Source: Spirochaetaceae bacterium (GTDB taxonomy: Bacteria > Spirochaetota > Leptospiria > Leptospirales > Leptonemataceae). From it: a stretch of 64,000 bases of DNA. This document shows positions 28,495 to 37,416 of the stretch, one piece after another. Numbering within the stretch: the first letter of the stretch is position 1; every line of letters begins with the position of its first letter. The stretch lies in the NCBI GenBank assembly GCA_002730875.1, contig PCBI01000005.1, positions 901,191 through 965,190 on the forward strand. The letters run 5' to 3'. A program made the translations under genes and the position numbers. A model generated the notes under the pieces. The model worked only from the letters and a program-made list of their open reading frames with translations. It did no database searches and was not told where the DNA came from.

Positions 28495-29763
28495 ATGTGT
28501 TTCGATACGCTACCCGCATCAGGAGATAATGTGAAATCCAGTCAATCTGCCCCATTGGTTAGCTCAACTTCCAAACGCCGTGTACCTATTCTGCTGTTAT
28601 CGTTGCATACCCTGCTGGCGCTGTTATTAACTCTGCTCCTGGGCTGTAACGGAGGAACAGTCCTGAACGGTTCGCAGGAGCCTCTGCAAATCGAAAACGA
28701 AAAGCTCAAGGTTTCCGATTTCCATCTAAATGCATTTGTCCCAATAGAGAAGAAAATCTATGATTATCCGGAGTTGCCGGCCCTGTACGAAAGCCTGCGT
28801 AGCTCCAGCGACGGTTATTGCGAAATCATACACAACCGCAAGCCCTTTCGCAGGGATGTCGCTTTAAAGCTCATCTCCGAAGAATATCTAAGTCAATTCT
28901 GGAAAGATCGTTTCTGGGGCAGCTTCCACAACCTGGTCTCCGGCTGTTGGAACTTCTACATAATGAATGATGTCCGCCCCTTTGACGATTTTCGTTTGGT
29001 CAAGAGCCTATTTCCGGAAGCCACGAAGCACTGTTACTCCGTGGGACTGATGCAGCCCTATATTATGCATAACATCCTGGGTTGTGAGGATTTGAACTTC
29101 CTGGATGTGGACTGGCGAATTCATTACGCCCACTTTCAGCTCGAACAAATGTTTCGCGACCAGATGTTTGCCAGCGTCGGCGATGTGCCGGAGAGTATTC
29201 GCAAGTTACATCTGGGATGGATTGCATTTTCTCCTACACCGGTACAGGCAAAGCATGCCGTGACTCCGGCCACCCTTTGCCGATTGAATCAAAACGAATG
29301 CATGGAGCATCTCAGTCTTTATCAGAAGAACCGAGTGAATCTAAGTTCCATCACCTGGAATCTAGCCAAATTGCATGATGCCGACTTTCCCCGGCATCCG
29401 GGAATGCCAGTGGTTTATCTCAGCAATGCAATTGAGGAGCTATATACATCTCGCTCCCAGTTCGATCTGCTTCTGGGCCGAGTGGCCGCCTCCATTCAAG
29501 TGGGCAAGCAAGCTCTATTTGCCTACCATGCAGCCGGCACGGACGAGATCGGCCTTTACCGTCTGGTTCGAAAAGCCGAGAAGACCGTGGATGCGTCTGG
29601 TCCGTTAACTCCCAACTATGAGATCGAGACTATTTGCAGGGATCGGTATCATCGTGCGAACACTGGAGCTCTCAAGGAGTATACGACCTACTTCGAGACT
29701 GTGAGCAAGACACAAAACCCGACGGCCTGCAAGACGCTTATTCAAGAAATGGATCGGGACTAA
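28495..29763 (+). CDS. Hypothetical lipoprotein/secreted protein immediately downstream of MBOAT
   Basis: Signal peptide with 'LLLGCNGG'; 422 aa; no SGNH motif recognised by eye. Confidence 0.55.
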   Translation: MCFDTLPASGDNVKSSQSAPLVSSTSKRRVPILLLSLHTLLALLLTLLLGCNGGTVLNGSQEPLQIENEKLKVSDFHLNAFVPIEKKIYDYPELPALYESLRSSSDGYCEIIHNRKPFRRDVALKLISEEYLSQFWKDRFWGSFHNLVSGCWNFYIMNDVRPFDDFRLVKSLFPEATKHCYSVGLMQPYIMHNILGCEDLNFLDVDWRIHYAHFQLEQMFRDQMFASVGDVPESIRKLHLGWIAFSPTPVQAKHAVTPATLCRLNQNECMEHLSLYQKNRVNLSSITWNLAKLHDADFPRHPGMPVVYLSNAIEELYTSRSQFDLLLGRVAASIQVGKQALFAYHAAGTDEIGLYRLVRKAEKTVDASGPLTPNYEIETICRDRYHRANTGALKEYTTYFETVSKTQNPTACKTLIQEMDRD

Positions 29764-29969
29764 CCACCTGGCAGCCCTTCCTCCCAGGAATTCGCGATGG
29801 CGGAAAAGGTTCTGCACCGCAAACACTTCGGGGACGTAGTGGCTACGTCCTGGCTGACGCAATAGTGATACGGGGATGGCCGGTATGTCCTGGACTTTTT
29901 TCCGCTGGACGAAGCCAGGTCACCCTTTCTGATCTGAGCGTGCACATAAAGGAACGCGTACGGCCCGGG

Positions 29970-30536
29970 ATGCTATTTCGGGCAATCATTCGAATCAATG
30001 CTCTGGGATTTCTGATGATCTGTTTGGTCTACCCGTCAAAGCCTGGGGCCGAGCCCCGGGAGGCTGACATTGAAGCCGTTTCCGAAAATCCCAGGAACCC
30101 CGGCGGCGAAGGCGACGAGCAAACGGGACCAGACTCCGAAGAGCGCAAAGCTCTGGAGTTCTTTGAACTTCATCAAGAGCTGGCCGCAAACTTTGATCCC
30201 GGACTGGCAAAGCACTACCATCCGGAGGCCAGGATTCGAATGGTAAGGATTGGCGCCGACGGTTCCGTGCGAAAGATGGAACTGACCGGAAGTCAGTGGT
30301 CCTCATTAATGCCTGCTATGATGGATGCCGCCGAGAAATCGGGAGACGTCAGTGTATACAGCGACATCCGATTACAGTCCATGGATACAGGCATCAAGAT
30401 ATTGGCCAGCCGCTACTCTAAATTAAAGTGCTACACGGATAGTAAATACTATATGGTGGTGGCGCCGGGCCCGGACGGAAGTCTGCTCGTCGTAGAAGAG
30501 CACATAGAAGGCCAGGCAGAGAACCAATGCGAATAG
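29970..30536 (+). CDS. Hypothetical secreted protein
   Basis: Within ORF 29634..30536; start at MLFRAIIRINALGFLMICLVYPS (signal peptide) avoids overlap with the upstream gene. Confidence 0.4.
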   Translation: MLFRAIIRINALGFLMICLVYPSKPGAEPREADIEAVSENPRNPGGEGDEQTGPDSEERKALEFFELHQELAANFDPGLAKHYHPEARIRMVRIGADGSVRKMELTGSQWSSLMPAMMDAAEKSGDVSVYSDIRLQSMDTGIKILASRYSKLKCYTDSKYYMVVAPGPDGSLLVVEEHIEGQAENQCE

Positions 30537-31084
30537 CGCTGGCAATCACGGACGAGGAAATCCAGCGGTGCTATCCGGCGCTTTCGCAGCTACGGCCGCA
30601 TATCTCTGAAGGCCAGTTCCTGGAACGGATCCGGCAACAAATGCAGGGCGGTTATGAACTGGCCTACCTGATTGGCGTGCCAACCCCGTCTGCGGATTCT
30701 ACTCCGCTCGTCGATACTACTCCGGTCGCTGATTCTACTCGGGCGGCTGCGGGAAACGGTCTGGCTCAGTCCGTAAGCGAGCCTCAAGAGCCGCCATCTC
30801 GAGCCTCCGAAACCGAACGAGTATTGACCGTAGCCGGGTTTCGCATGGGTCTGAACCTGGCCTGGGGTAAGTATCTTTACGTGGATGATCTGGTTACGGC
30901 AGAGGTTGCCCGTAGCTCCGGTTGGGGGAGGCAAATGCTATCCTGGTTAATGGATCTGGCTCGATCGAGAAGCTGCGATCAATTCCATCTGGACTCGGGG
31001 CTGCAACGAAGAGAGGCCCACCGGTTCTACGAAAGGGAAGGAATGGAGATTAGCAGTTACCATTTCTTCAAACAGTTACATTGA
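30527..31084 (+). CDS. GNAT family N-acetyltransferase with internal low-complexity insertion
   Basis: 'YLYVDDLVT..SGWGRQMLSWL..AHRFYEREGM' acetyl-CoA-binding blocks; 'PTPSADSTPLVDTTPVADSTRAAAG' insert. Confidence 0.7.
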   Translation: MRIALAITDEEIQRCYPALSQLRPHISEGQFLERIRQQMQGGYELAYLIGVPTPSADSTPLVDTTPVADSTRAAAGNGLAQSVSEPQEPPSRASETERVLTVAGFRMGLNLAWGKYLYVDDLVTAEVARSSGWGRQMLSWLMDLARSRSCDQFHLDSGLQRREAHRFYEREGMEISSYHFFKQLH

Positions 31085-31169
31085 TTAGTTGCATCGATTC
31101 GTAGTCATTCTTCTTTCCCGTAGCCGCGCCTCCTGAGCCATTTGTCACACCCAGGCCTTAGACTGTCCC

Positions 31170-31421
31170 TTGTTGAGTAGATCGAAAGGAGCTGAGATGA
31201 CAAAAGAAGAAAGAGATAAGTACGAAAAATGGGTGAGAGACTACGGCGGCACGCCGGAAGATGAGTTTATGGAATTGCCCATCCACATGTCGCTGGAGTT
31301 CAATGAAAGCTATGGGTTCCCGGGGAACTCTTCTGAAATGGAGAGTCCAGACTCCGTTCAGAGGGAGCCCGGGCAGGCGCCAGAAATAAGAATGTATCCT
31401 CGTATCCTCTGGGAGCTCTAA
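31170..31421 (+). CDS. Small acidic hypothetical protein
   Basis: 83-aa ORF convergent with the SPFH gene; no motif. Confidence 0.25.
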   Translation: MLSRSKGAEMTKEERDKYEKWVRDYGGTPEDEFMELPIHMSLEFNESYGFPGNSSEMESPDSVQREPGQAPEIRMYPRILWEL

Positions 31422-31450
31422 ACAGGGCTCCCGGGCTCGGAAACCTTATC

Positions 31451-32551
31451 TCAGGAACTATCGCCCTTACGATCCGAAAGAAGCGATCCAAGCTGATCCA
31501 GAAAGGAGCCGCCGCCCATGAGTTTGATCTCTTGCACTTTTTCGATCATCTTTTCCAGGGATTCCAGTTCTTTCAGGCGAAGTAGCGTGGGATTGTTCTC
31601 CATTAGCTTTGCCGTGTTCATCAGGCTTCGTGTGGATGCAGTTTCTTCGCGTCTTTGAATGATGTTTGCCTGCGCCTGCTTTTCCGCCAGAAGCACCCGA
31701 TTCATGATTTCGCGCACCTCGCCGGGCAGGATAATGTCCCGGGCTCCTGCGGAAATCAACTTGTAGCCGATAGCCTCGGCCTTTTCTTTTACATGCTCAA
31801 GTACGGTAGTCCCGATCTTTTCGCGGTTCTCGAGTAGCTCGTCCAGAGTGAACCCTCCGGTGTATTCGCGCAGCGATAGCTGCCATGCTGAATAAAGCTG
31901 CTGCAAAGGGTTGACCGATTGTCGCAGGACTTTTTCTGGATCCGCCGCCTGGATCTGGCAGGTGAAATTGATTCGTAGAGTGACTTTGTCTTTGGACAGA
32001 AGCTCCTGCCCGCTTATGTCCAATTGTTGTATTCGCAGATCGCAGGTATGGACTTCTACTGCGTCGGCGCATTTCCAGTATGCGTAATCCCCGGGCTCCA
32101 AAAGTCTCTGGAAGGTCCGATCAATATAGAGCGCGCCCTTCTCATAGCTCTGCACAGTGAATACCTGGACTTGCTCTATAACTCCCGGCTTTCGTAGCCA
32201 ATCGCGTTTGATGTTTTCATGAATAAAAGGTTGTGAGACATCAGCGAATACGAAGTCATAGTTATGCAAGCCGTGCCAGTAGGCGTAGTTTCCTGGTTTC
32301 AACGCTTCCAGATACACCGAATCCTGGAAAACCAGACAGATCTGACCCTCTTCCACTCTGGCGAACCGGAGAAACCTCTCGGCGTCTGCTGCTTTCTCTA
32401 GAAGAGCGATGTCCAGCTCCGCCGCAACTCGTCCTTTTCTGTGGTAGGTGCGAATATTGAAGCCCGGGTCGAAGTAAAAGCCCGGTCCGAGCACCTTCTT
32501 GAGGGAGCCCTGCTTGAACACTACTCCGCATTCATGGTCTGCAATTCTCAT
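31451..32551 (-). CDS. SPFH/Band 7 (stomatin/flotillin-like) domain protein
   Basis: 'LLSKDKVTLRINFTCQIQAADPEKV' and the C-terminal helical segment are typical of SPFH. Confidence 0.65.
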   Translation of the reverse strand: MRIADHECGVVFKQGSLKKVLGPGFYFDPGFNIRTYHRKGRVAAELDIALLEKAADAERFLRFARVEEGQICLVFQDSVYLEALKPGNYAYWHGLHNYDFVFADVSQPFIHENIKRDWLRKPGVIEQVQVFTVQSYEKGALYIDRTFQRLLEPGDYAYWKCADAVEVHTCDLRIQQLDISGQELLSKDKVTLRINFTCQIQAADPEKVLRQSVNPLQQLYSAWQLSLREYTGGFTLDELLENREKIGTTVLEHVKEKAEAIGYKLISAGARDIILPGEVREIMNRVLLAEKQAQANIIQRREETASTRSLMNTAKLMENNPTLLRLKELESLEKMIEKVQEIKLMGGGSFLDQLGSLLSDRKGDSS

Positions 32552-32879
32552 GGAATCCTCCGATACGTCCCTTTTTGCCTTCGGGCATCACAGGCCCCAT
32601 CCGCGCCGGAAGCAGGCGGTTTATTGTCCAAATAGAGAGGAAAAGAGGCCGCCCTGCCATTCGTCCCGGGCGGGGAATCGGTTAAGCAACGGTTCTTCCC
32701 TTTGATCAGGAGTTCCGATTTTGACCGTAGCCGCCATCTTCATTCCGTCTCGCAGGAGGGCGCGATGCGGTATCCCCTTTTCCTCGAGGCCCCTTTCGAA
32801 CTGCCGCAAGCGGCGGGCACGGGCAGCCCCCTTTCCAGGATGATCCTTTTTACAAGGGATCAGCTTATCTACCACAGAT

Positions 32880-32950
32880 TAACAGTCTGTTGCCTTTACC
32901 GTTAGGCTACCAGTCAGTAACTGGACGGGATTCGAACCCGCATGGAGCAC
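32880..32950 (-). other. tRNA-like fragments in non-canonical order (T-arm/acceptor fragment followed by tRNA-Asn(GTT)-like D and anticodon arms); possible pseudo-tRNA or integration scar
   Basis: Minus strand GCGGGTTCGAATCCCGTCCAGTTAC, then TGACTGGTAGCCTAACGGTAAAGGCAACAGACTGTTAATCTGT; no complete cloverleaf can be assembled. Confidence 0.3.
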
Positions 32951-33199
32951 GTTCCTGTGCGAAGGCGGAATGCCGTACCTGAGTCAGGCGGCACCGTCTG
33001 GCGCTGTGAAACCAGGACCCCGGGCCTATCGCGTCGGACTACGCGCGACGCTATGGGAAGCGATTTCGGATAACATTGCAAGTCTTTTCTGCTCTGTGCA
33101 TTTCCGGGAGCTGGCTTATTTCCGTGGAGCAGCTCTTTTGCGAAGCCCCCTGACTTACAATTTCGTTGCCGCAATTCAAGTGGCGGAATACATTGCACC

Positions 33200-33700
33200 A
33201 TGCGAGTTAATGTCAATCCGCTGGATCTGGGCTGGACAACCCTGTTCTTCATGCTTCGGCGAAAAGGGACGTGGGTTAGCTGGATTGTTTACTCGCTGGT
33301 TGCCTTTCTAATTCTGTTCTTTTTTCTCGAGATTGAAAGGACTGTGCCCGACATCATTGCCCTGGTTCTGATCTCCCTGATAGGCGGTCTTGTTGGAATC
33401 ACACTCAGTATTCTGATTCAGGTGATTCTGGTTATGGTCGTTTACAGACAGAAGGATGGCTTCACCGGAGAGCATGAATTCTACGTAGAGGAGGCCGGTC
33501 TGCGAGAAAAAACACATGCGAACGATTCGCTTCATCACTGGGCCTCCATTCGGGACGTGTCCATCACCAGGCGCTACACCTGGGTCTGGATCAATGCCAT
33601 ACAGGCCCACATATTGCCAAGGCGCTCCTTTCCGGACGATGCCACTTACCGAGAATTCGTAGGTAGCATCTACCAGCGCTGGATCGAGCATCGCGATTGA
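33200..33700 (+). CDS. Hypothetical membrane protein (two TM helices plus cytoplasmic domain)
   Basis: 166-aa ORF; hydrophobic helices 'WVSWIVYSLVAFLILFFFL' and 'IIALVLISLIGGLVGITLSILIQVILVMVV'. Confidence 0.5.
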   Translation: MRVNVNPLDLGWTTLFFMLRRKGTWVSWIVYSLVAFLILFFFLEIERTVPDIIALVLISLIGGLVGITLSILIQVILVMVVYRQKDGFTGEHEFYVEEAGLREKTHANDSLHHWASIRDVSITRRYTWVWINAIQAHILPRRSFPDDATYREFVGSIYQRWIEHRD

Positions 33701-33735
33701 CTGGCACGGTCCGCTTTCTATCAATATCTGATGCA

Positions 33736-35037
33736 TTACAGGGCGGAGCTTTCCTCTGCATGCTGACGGGCTTGACGACCGGAAATACCGATTAGCCAGC
33801 CCAGTCCAAGAGCGCAGGCCGCGTAAAGAACAGCCCAGAAGAATGGCACATGCATGAGACCGGCGCCTACTGGCTCTGGAAGCCATTCCCGGTAGCTGGA
33901 CGTAAGCAGTATGCAAAGGACAGCCGTAAGCGACAGTCGCATCGCTTCCAGCTGCTTCCAGCGCCGTGTCTCGGAGAGCATTTGGCCCAGAGCTACGAGA
34001 GACAAGGTGCTCCACAGTACGACTGCGAGCAAAACCCATACACTCGTTGACTCCGATACCAGAAAGGCCAGAGAAAGTCCACTCACCACGGCAAACCAGA
34101 AACCAACGTATAGGATCCGCGCCCAGGATGTGCTCTGGCGATATGGCTGCGCTCCCGGGCGGACACTGGGAACGACAATGGGCTTCTCTGGATGCTCCGG
34201 CTCAAATCCAGGTGGTCGGAACAGGATCCGCAGTTTGTCCAGCGGACCGGAAGCGCGCCGCATTAGTCCGACAATTTCGCGCCAGTATTGCAGATTCGCA
34301 TATAGCGGGTCGTAGCTGCGAAACGGCTTTACGATACCGTACACCGGTTCTTCGCGCTCCCGGGCAAACGTTCCAAATAATCGGTCCCAGATGATCAATG
34401 TGCCGCCATGGTTCTTATCTATGTATTCCGGATTTCTGCCATGGTGTACTCTATGATGCGAAGGCGTGTTTAGAATCCACTCCAGCAGACCCAGGTCCTT
34501 TATCACCCTGGTATGAATCCAGAACTGATAGATCAGACTGATTTCTCCTATCGCTATCAGTACGGCCGGATGGATGCCCAGCAGTGCAAGGGGCAAAAAG
34601 AAAATCCAGGTAAACAGTTGATGAAACGCGGGCTGTCGGAGGGCAACAGTAAGGTTGAACTCTTCGCTCTGATGGTGCACCACATGTCCGGCCCATAGAA
34701 CGTTCCATTCATGGCTCATGCGATGAGCCCAGTAGTACAGGAAATCAAATACCAGAAATCCCAGAATGGCGGACATCCAGAGCTGAGCCGGATCCTCCAA
34801 ATCCCAGCGGACCAGGCGCAGCTTTTCGAAGAGCAAAGAATATGCGGCAACGGTGAAGCCAATATAAAGCAATGTGAACCCGCGGTTCAATACCCCTGTG
34901 GAGAGATCAGCGATGCTGTCGCGGAAATTGTAGAGCTTGCGCCCGGTGATCCACTGGAAGGACAGTTCCACTCCGATGAGCAGAAAAAAGGCCGGAATGG
35001 CATAGGTGATAAATGAAGGTATTTCAAGGGTTTCCAT
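33736..35037 (-). CDS. Fatty acid hydroxylase superfamily / sterol desaturase-like membrane protein with C-terminal TM extension
   Basis: His boxes 'HRMSHE', 'HVVHHQSEE', 'HHRVHHGRN'. Confidence 0.8.
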   Translation of the reverse strand: METLEIPSFITYAIPAFFLLIGVELSFQWITGRKLYNFRDSIADLSTGVLNRGFTLLYIGFTVAAYSLLFEKLRLVRWDLEDPAQLWMSAILGFLVFDFLYYWAHRMSHEWNVLWAGHVVHHQSEEFNLTVALRQPAFHQLFTWIFFLPLALLGIHPAVLIAIGEISLIYQFWIHTRVIKDLGLLEWILNTPSHHRVHHGRNPEYIDKNHGGTLIIWDRLFGTFAREREEPVYGIVKPFRSYDPLYANLQYWREIVGLMRRASGPLDKLRILFRPPGFEPEHPEKPIVVPSVRPGAQPYRQSTSWARILYVGFWFAVVSGLSLAFLVSESTSVWVLLAVVLWSTLSLVALGQMLSETRRWKQLEAMRLSLTAVLCILLTSSYREWLPEPVGAGLMHVPFFWAVLYAACALGLGWLIGISGRQARQHAEESSAL

Positions 35038-35169
35038 ACGCTGCTCCAGGATAGATTATTCTGACACTGTGTCAGCTTTCTGGGGAGAGTCAAACGGTTA
35101 TTGGGCTTATTTGAAGGTTATCCGGCGCTTGCTCCCGATACGAATGCCCGCGGTGTTGGTGGCCTCGGT

Positions 35170-35528
35170 GGAGTTCGGGTTAGAGCTCCGGGGCGGTGAT
35201 TACACGAACCCGGGGCTCTGGTTGCTCCGGCCGGAGTTCGGGTTAAAGCTCCGGGGCGGTGATTACACGAACCCGGGGCTCTGGTTGCTCCGGCTGGAGT
35301 TCGGGTTATAGCTTCCGGGCGTTGATTAAGCGAACCCGGGGCTCTGGTTGCTCCGGCCGGAGTTCGGGTTAAAGCTTCCGGGCGTTGATTAAGCGAACCT
35401 GGGGCTCTGGTTGCTCCGGGTGGAGTTCGGGTTAAAGCTTCCGGGCGGTGATTAGACGAACCCGGGGCTCTGGTTGCTCCGGCCGGAGTTCGGGTTATAG
35501 CTTCCGGGCGTTGATTAAGGGAACCCGG
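35170..35528. repeat. Tandem repeat, 63-bp unit x ~5.7 copies (GGAGTTCGGGTTAAAGCTCCGGGGCGGTGATTACACGAACCCGGGGCTCTGGTTGCTCCGGCC and variants)
   Basis: Copies start at 35170, 35233, 35296, 35359, 35422 and 35485, with a few substitutions each; open in frames on both strands. Confidence 0.9.
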
Positions 35529-35562
35529 TCGATTTTCTGGTCGATTTTCTGGTCGATTTCCT
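35527..35562. repeat. Tandem repeat, 12-bp unit GGTCGATTTTCT x 3
   Basis: Directly abuts the 63-bp array. Confidence 0.85.
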
Positions 35563-35678
35563 GGTGATGACCGGGTGTAGCCCCGGCGAGGGCCAACGAG
35601 GACTTGCAGAAATCGCGGCGCAGAAGCCGGGAATTTCGGTTGCGTAAGACAGACCGAACGCATAGACTCTGGAAATCC

Positions 35679-36008
35679 ATGAATCTGAGCGATTGGTTAC
35701 ACGTATCCTTTGACGATGCACAGGTGCATATGAAGGCGAATCCCCCGGAAAAACCGGGCTGGGAGCAATCCTTCGCCTGGGATGACATCATTCGAATTTG
35801 TTTTGAAAACGGTGACTGGCTAAGTTCAGACACCATCTACGTTTTCACGAACCAGCGGAAAGAAAGCTACGTTATTCCCACCGAAGCCGATGGTGGGGCG
35901 GAGTTCTGGTCCGAAGTGATCAGCCGAAAGTTGTTTGATGCGGAACTGGCTATTGAAATGGCCACGCAGTCCGAAGGCTTCGCCTGCTGCCCGCCGGAAG
36001 ACTCATAG
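35679..36008 (+). CDS. Small hypothetical protein
   Basis: ORF 35604..36008, probable start MNLSDW at 35679; no motif. Confidence 0.35.
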   Translation: MNLSDWLHVSFDDAQVHMKANPPEKPGWEQSFAWDDIIRICFENGDWLSSDTIYVFTNQRKESYVIPTEADGGAEFWSEVISRKLFDAELAIEMATQSEGFACCPPEDS

Positions 36009-36089
36009 AGCAGTTCCGCAATTGGACCCATGGTTGCCTGGTTGTAGTCGAAATACTTCAAGGAGCTTCCCACCAGGAAAGCATCGACT

Positions 36090-37415
36090 CTAGTTCGGGT
36101 CGCTCGGATCGTCGAGATCATTCGGATCCGCCGCTTGAACCGCGCGAATGAGCTCTTCGATATGCGAATCAAGCATAGTCAGGCCATCTATGGTCCATTG
36201 AAAGATACCGGCTTCAGACAGAGCGCAAAGCCCCTCCTTTTCCATTGACTTCAGCTTCTTAATCAATGCGTTCCACAGGTTATCTGTTTGGGTCTGGCTC
36301 CATCCTTGCTCGCCCCAGACGTTCTGTATTCTGTGGATGTCTATGGGAAGCGTAATGCGGAATAGATTCAGAAATACATCGATGATCGGATCGTGGAGCT
36401 CGCTTTCCTGATTGTGTCCCGGGCCGCTTGCCCATGCGTTCAGGTTTCGCGGATTCGCATACCGTCGATATCCATCGAATCCGTGAGCGCCCGGACCTAA
36501 GCCAAGGTAAGGGAGATACTGCCAGTACTTCCAATTGTGTAGACAGATCGCATTTCCTTGAGCATAGTTCGAAATCTCGTATTGATTCCACCCGCGATCC
36601 GCCAGATGCTCGGGTAGTTCGCGAAAGATTTTTTCCTGAAGCTTTTCTTCCGGCGAACCCTGCCGTCCGCGCTTGATGTTTCGAGCGTATCGGGTTTCCG
36701 GTTCTACAGTAAGGGAGTATACCGATAGATGATGAATGGGATACTCAAGCACGCGATTCAGATCCTCCAGAAAGTCTTCGTAGCTCTGTCCGTGAAAGCC
36801 ATAGATCAGGTCCACTCCCACCCGGGGAATGGGGGAGCTTACCAGGGTTTCCAGGAGTTCGGCGTAACGCTCCGTATGATGGTAGCGATTCATATCTTTT
36901 AGAAAGCGCGCGTTGTACGTCTGGAGTCCGGAGTTAACGCGATTCACGCCTATTTCGTGCAGAGCTACGAGATATTCCGGGTTAAGGTTTTCCGGGTTTC
37001 CCTCCAGCGTGACCTCTGCGGCCTGATCGATGTCCAGGTATTCCTGCAAAGCCTGGAGGATTCGCCGAATCATGTCCGGAGGCATGAGCGATGATGTGCC
37101 CCCTCCGAAATAGATAGTATCAAATGACTGATTCGAAAACGAGGGCTGCTGGCTGTGGTCAGAACCCGACCTGGCTATTCCGGACTCCAGGGCTGTCGGT
37201 GTCCTGGAATCAGAGCAGCGAACCTGGAGTTCCTGCAGCAACGCAGATTCGTACTCTTTGAGTCTGCGCTGAAAGTCGGCCCCGGGGATTTCGTCCAGAC
37301 CCACGGAATAGAAGTCGCAGTAATGGCACTTCTGCAGGCAGTACGGGAAGTGCAGGTAGATTCCCGATTTAGTGCTGGACACCGGCTGAATTGGCTGGAC
37401 TTTCGGAATTCTCAC
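36090..37415 (-). CDS. Radical SAM HemN/HemW family protein (oxygen-independent coproporphyrinogen III oxidase-like / heme chaperone)
   Basis: 'YLHFPYCLQKCHYCDFYS' CxxxCxxC radical SAM motif; 'GGGTSS' SAM-binding; 441 aa. Confidence 0.8.
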   Translation of the reverse strand: MRIPKVQPIQPVSSTKSGIYLHFPYCLQKCHYCDFYSVGLDEIPGADFQRRLKEYESALLQELQVRCSDSRTPTALESGIARSGSDHSQQPSFSNQSFDTIYFGGGTSSLMPPDMIRRILQALQEYLDIDQAAEVTLEGNPENLNPEYLVALHEIGVNRVNSGLQTYNARFLKDMNRYHHTERYAELLETLVSSPIPRVGVDLIYGFHGQSYEDFLEDLNRVLEYPIHHLSVYSLTVEPETRYARNIKRGRQGSPEEKLQEKIFRELPEHLADRGWNQYEISNYAQGNAICLHNWKYWQYLPYLGLGPGAHGFDGYRRYANPRNLNAWASGPGHNQESELHDPIIDVFLNLFRITLPIDIHRIQNVWGEQGWSQTQTDNLWNALIKKLKSMEKEGLCALSEAGIFQWTIDGLTMLDSHIEELIRAVQAADPNDLDDPSDPN

Positions 37416-37416
37416 T

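Noticed and set aside
32900-33320. tmRNA (ssrA) gene suggested by the isolated canonical T-arm GCGGGTTCGAATCCCGT
   Set aside because: No 5' acceptor strand (TAACTGG or G-U variants) is found upstream; no GGGG 5' end or resume codon/tag is visible; the region upstream encodes a plus-strand membrane protein.
35170-35562. Could the 63-bp repeat array be a CRISPR array?
   Set aside because: Units are directly contiguous with no unique spacers, the unit is far longer than CRISPR repeats, and no cas genes are present in the window.
35118-35663. 181-aa minus-strand ORF translating the tandem repeats (21-aa repeats TRTPAGATRAPGSLNQRPEAI)
   Set aside because: It is not called as a CDS because frames on both strands are open across the array, as expected for any 63-bp repeat. 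No start context or flanking non-repeat domain is present, so it is kept only as a repeat feature.
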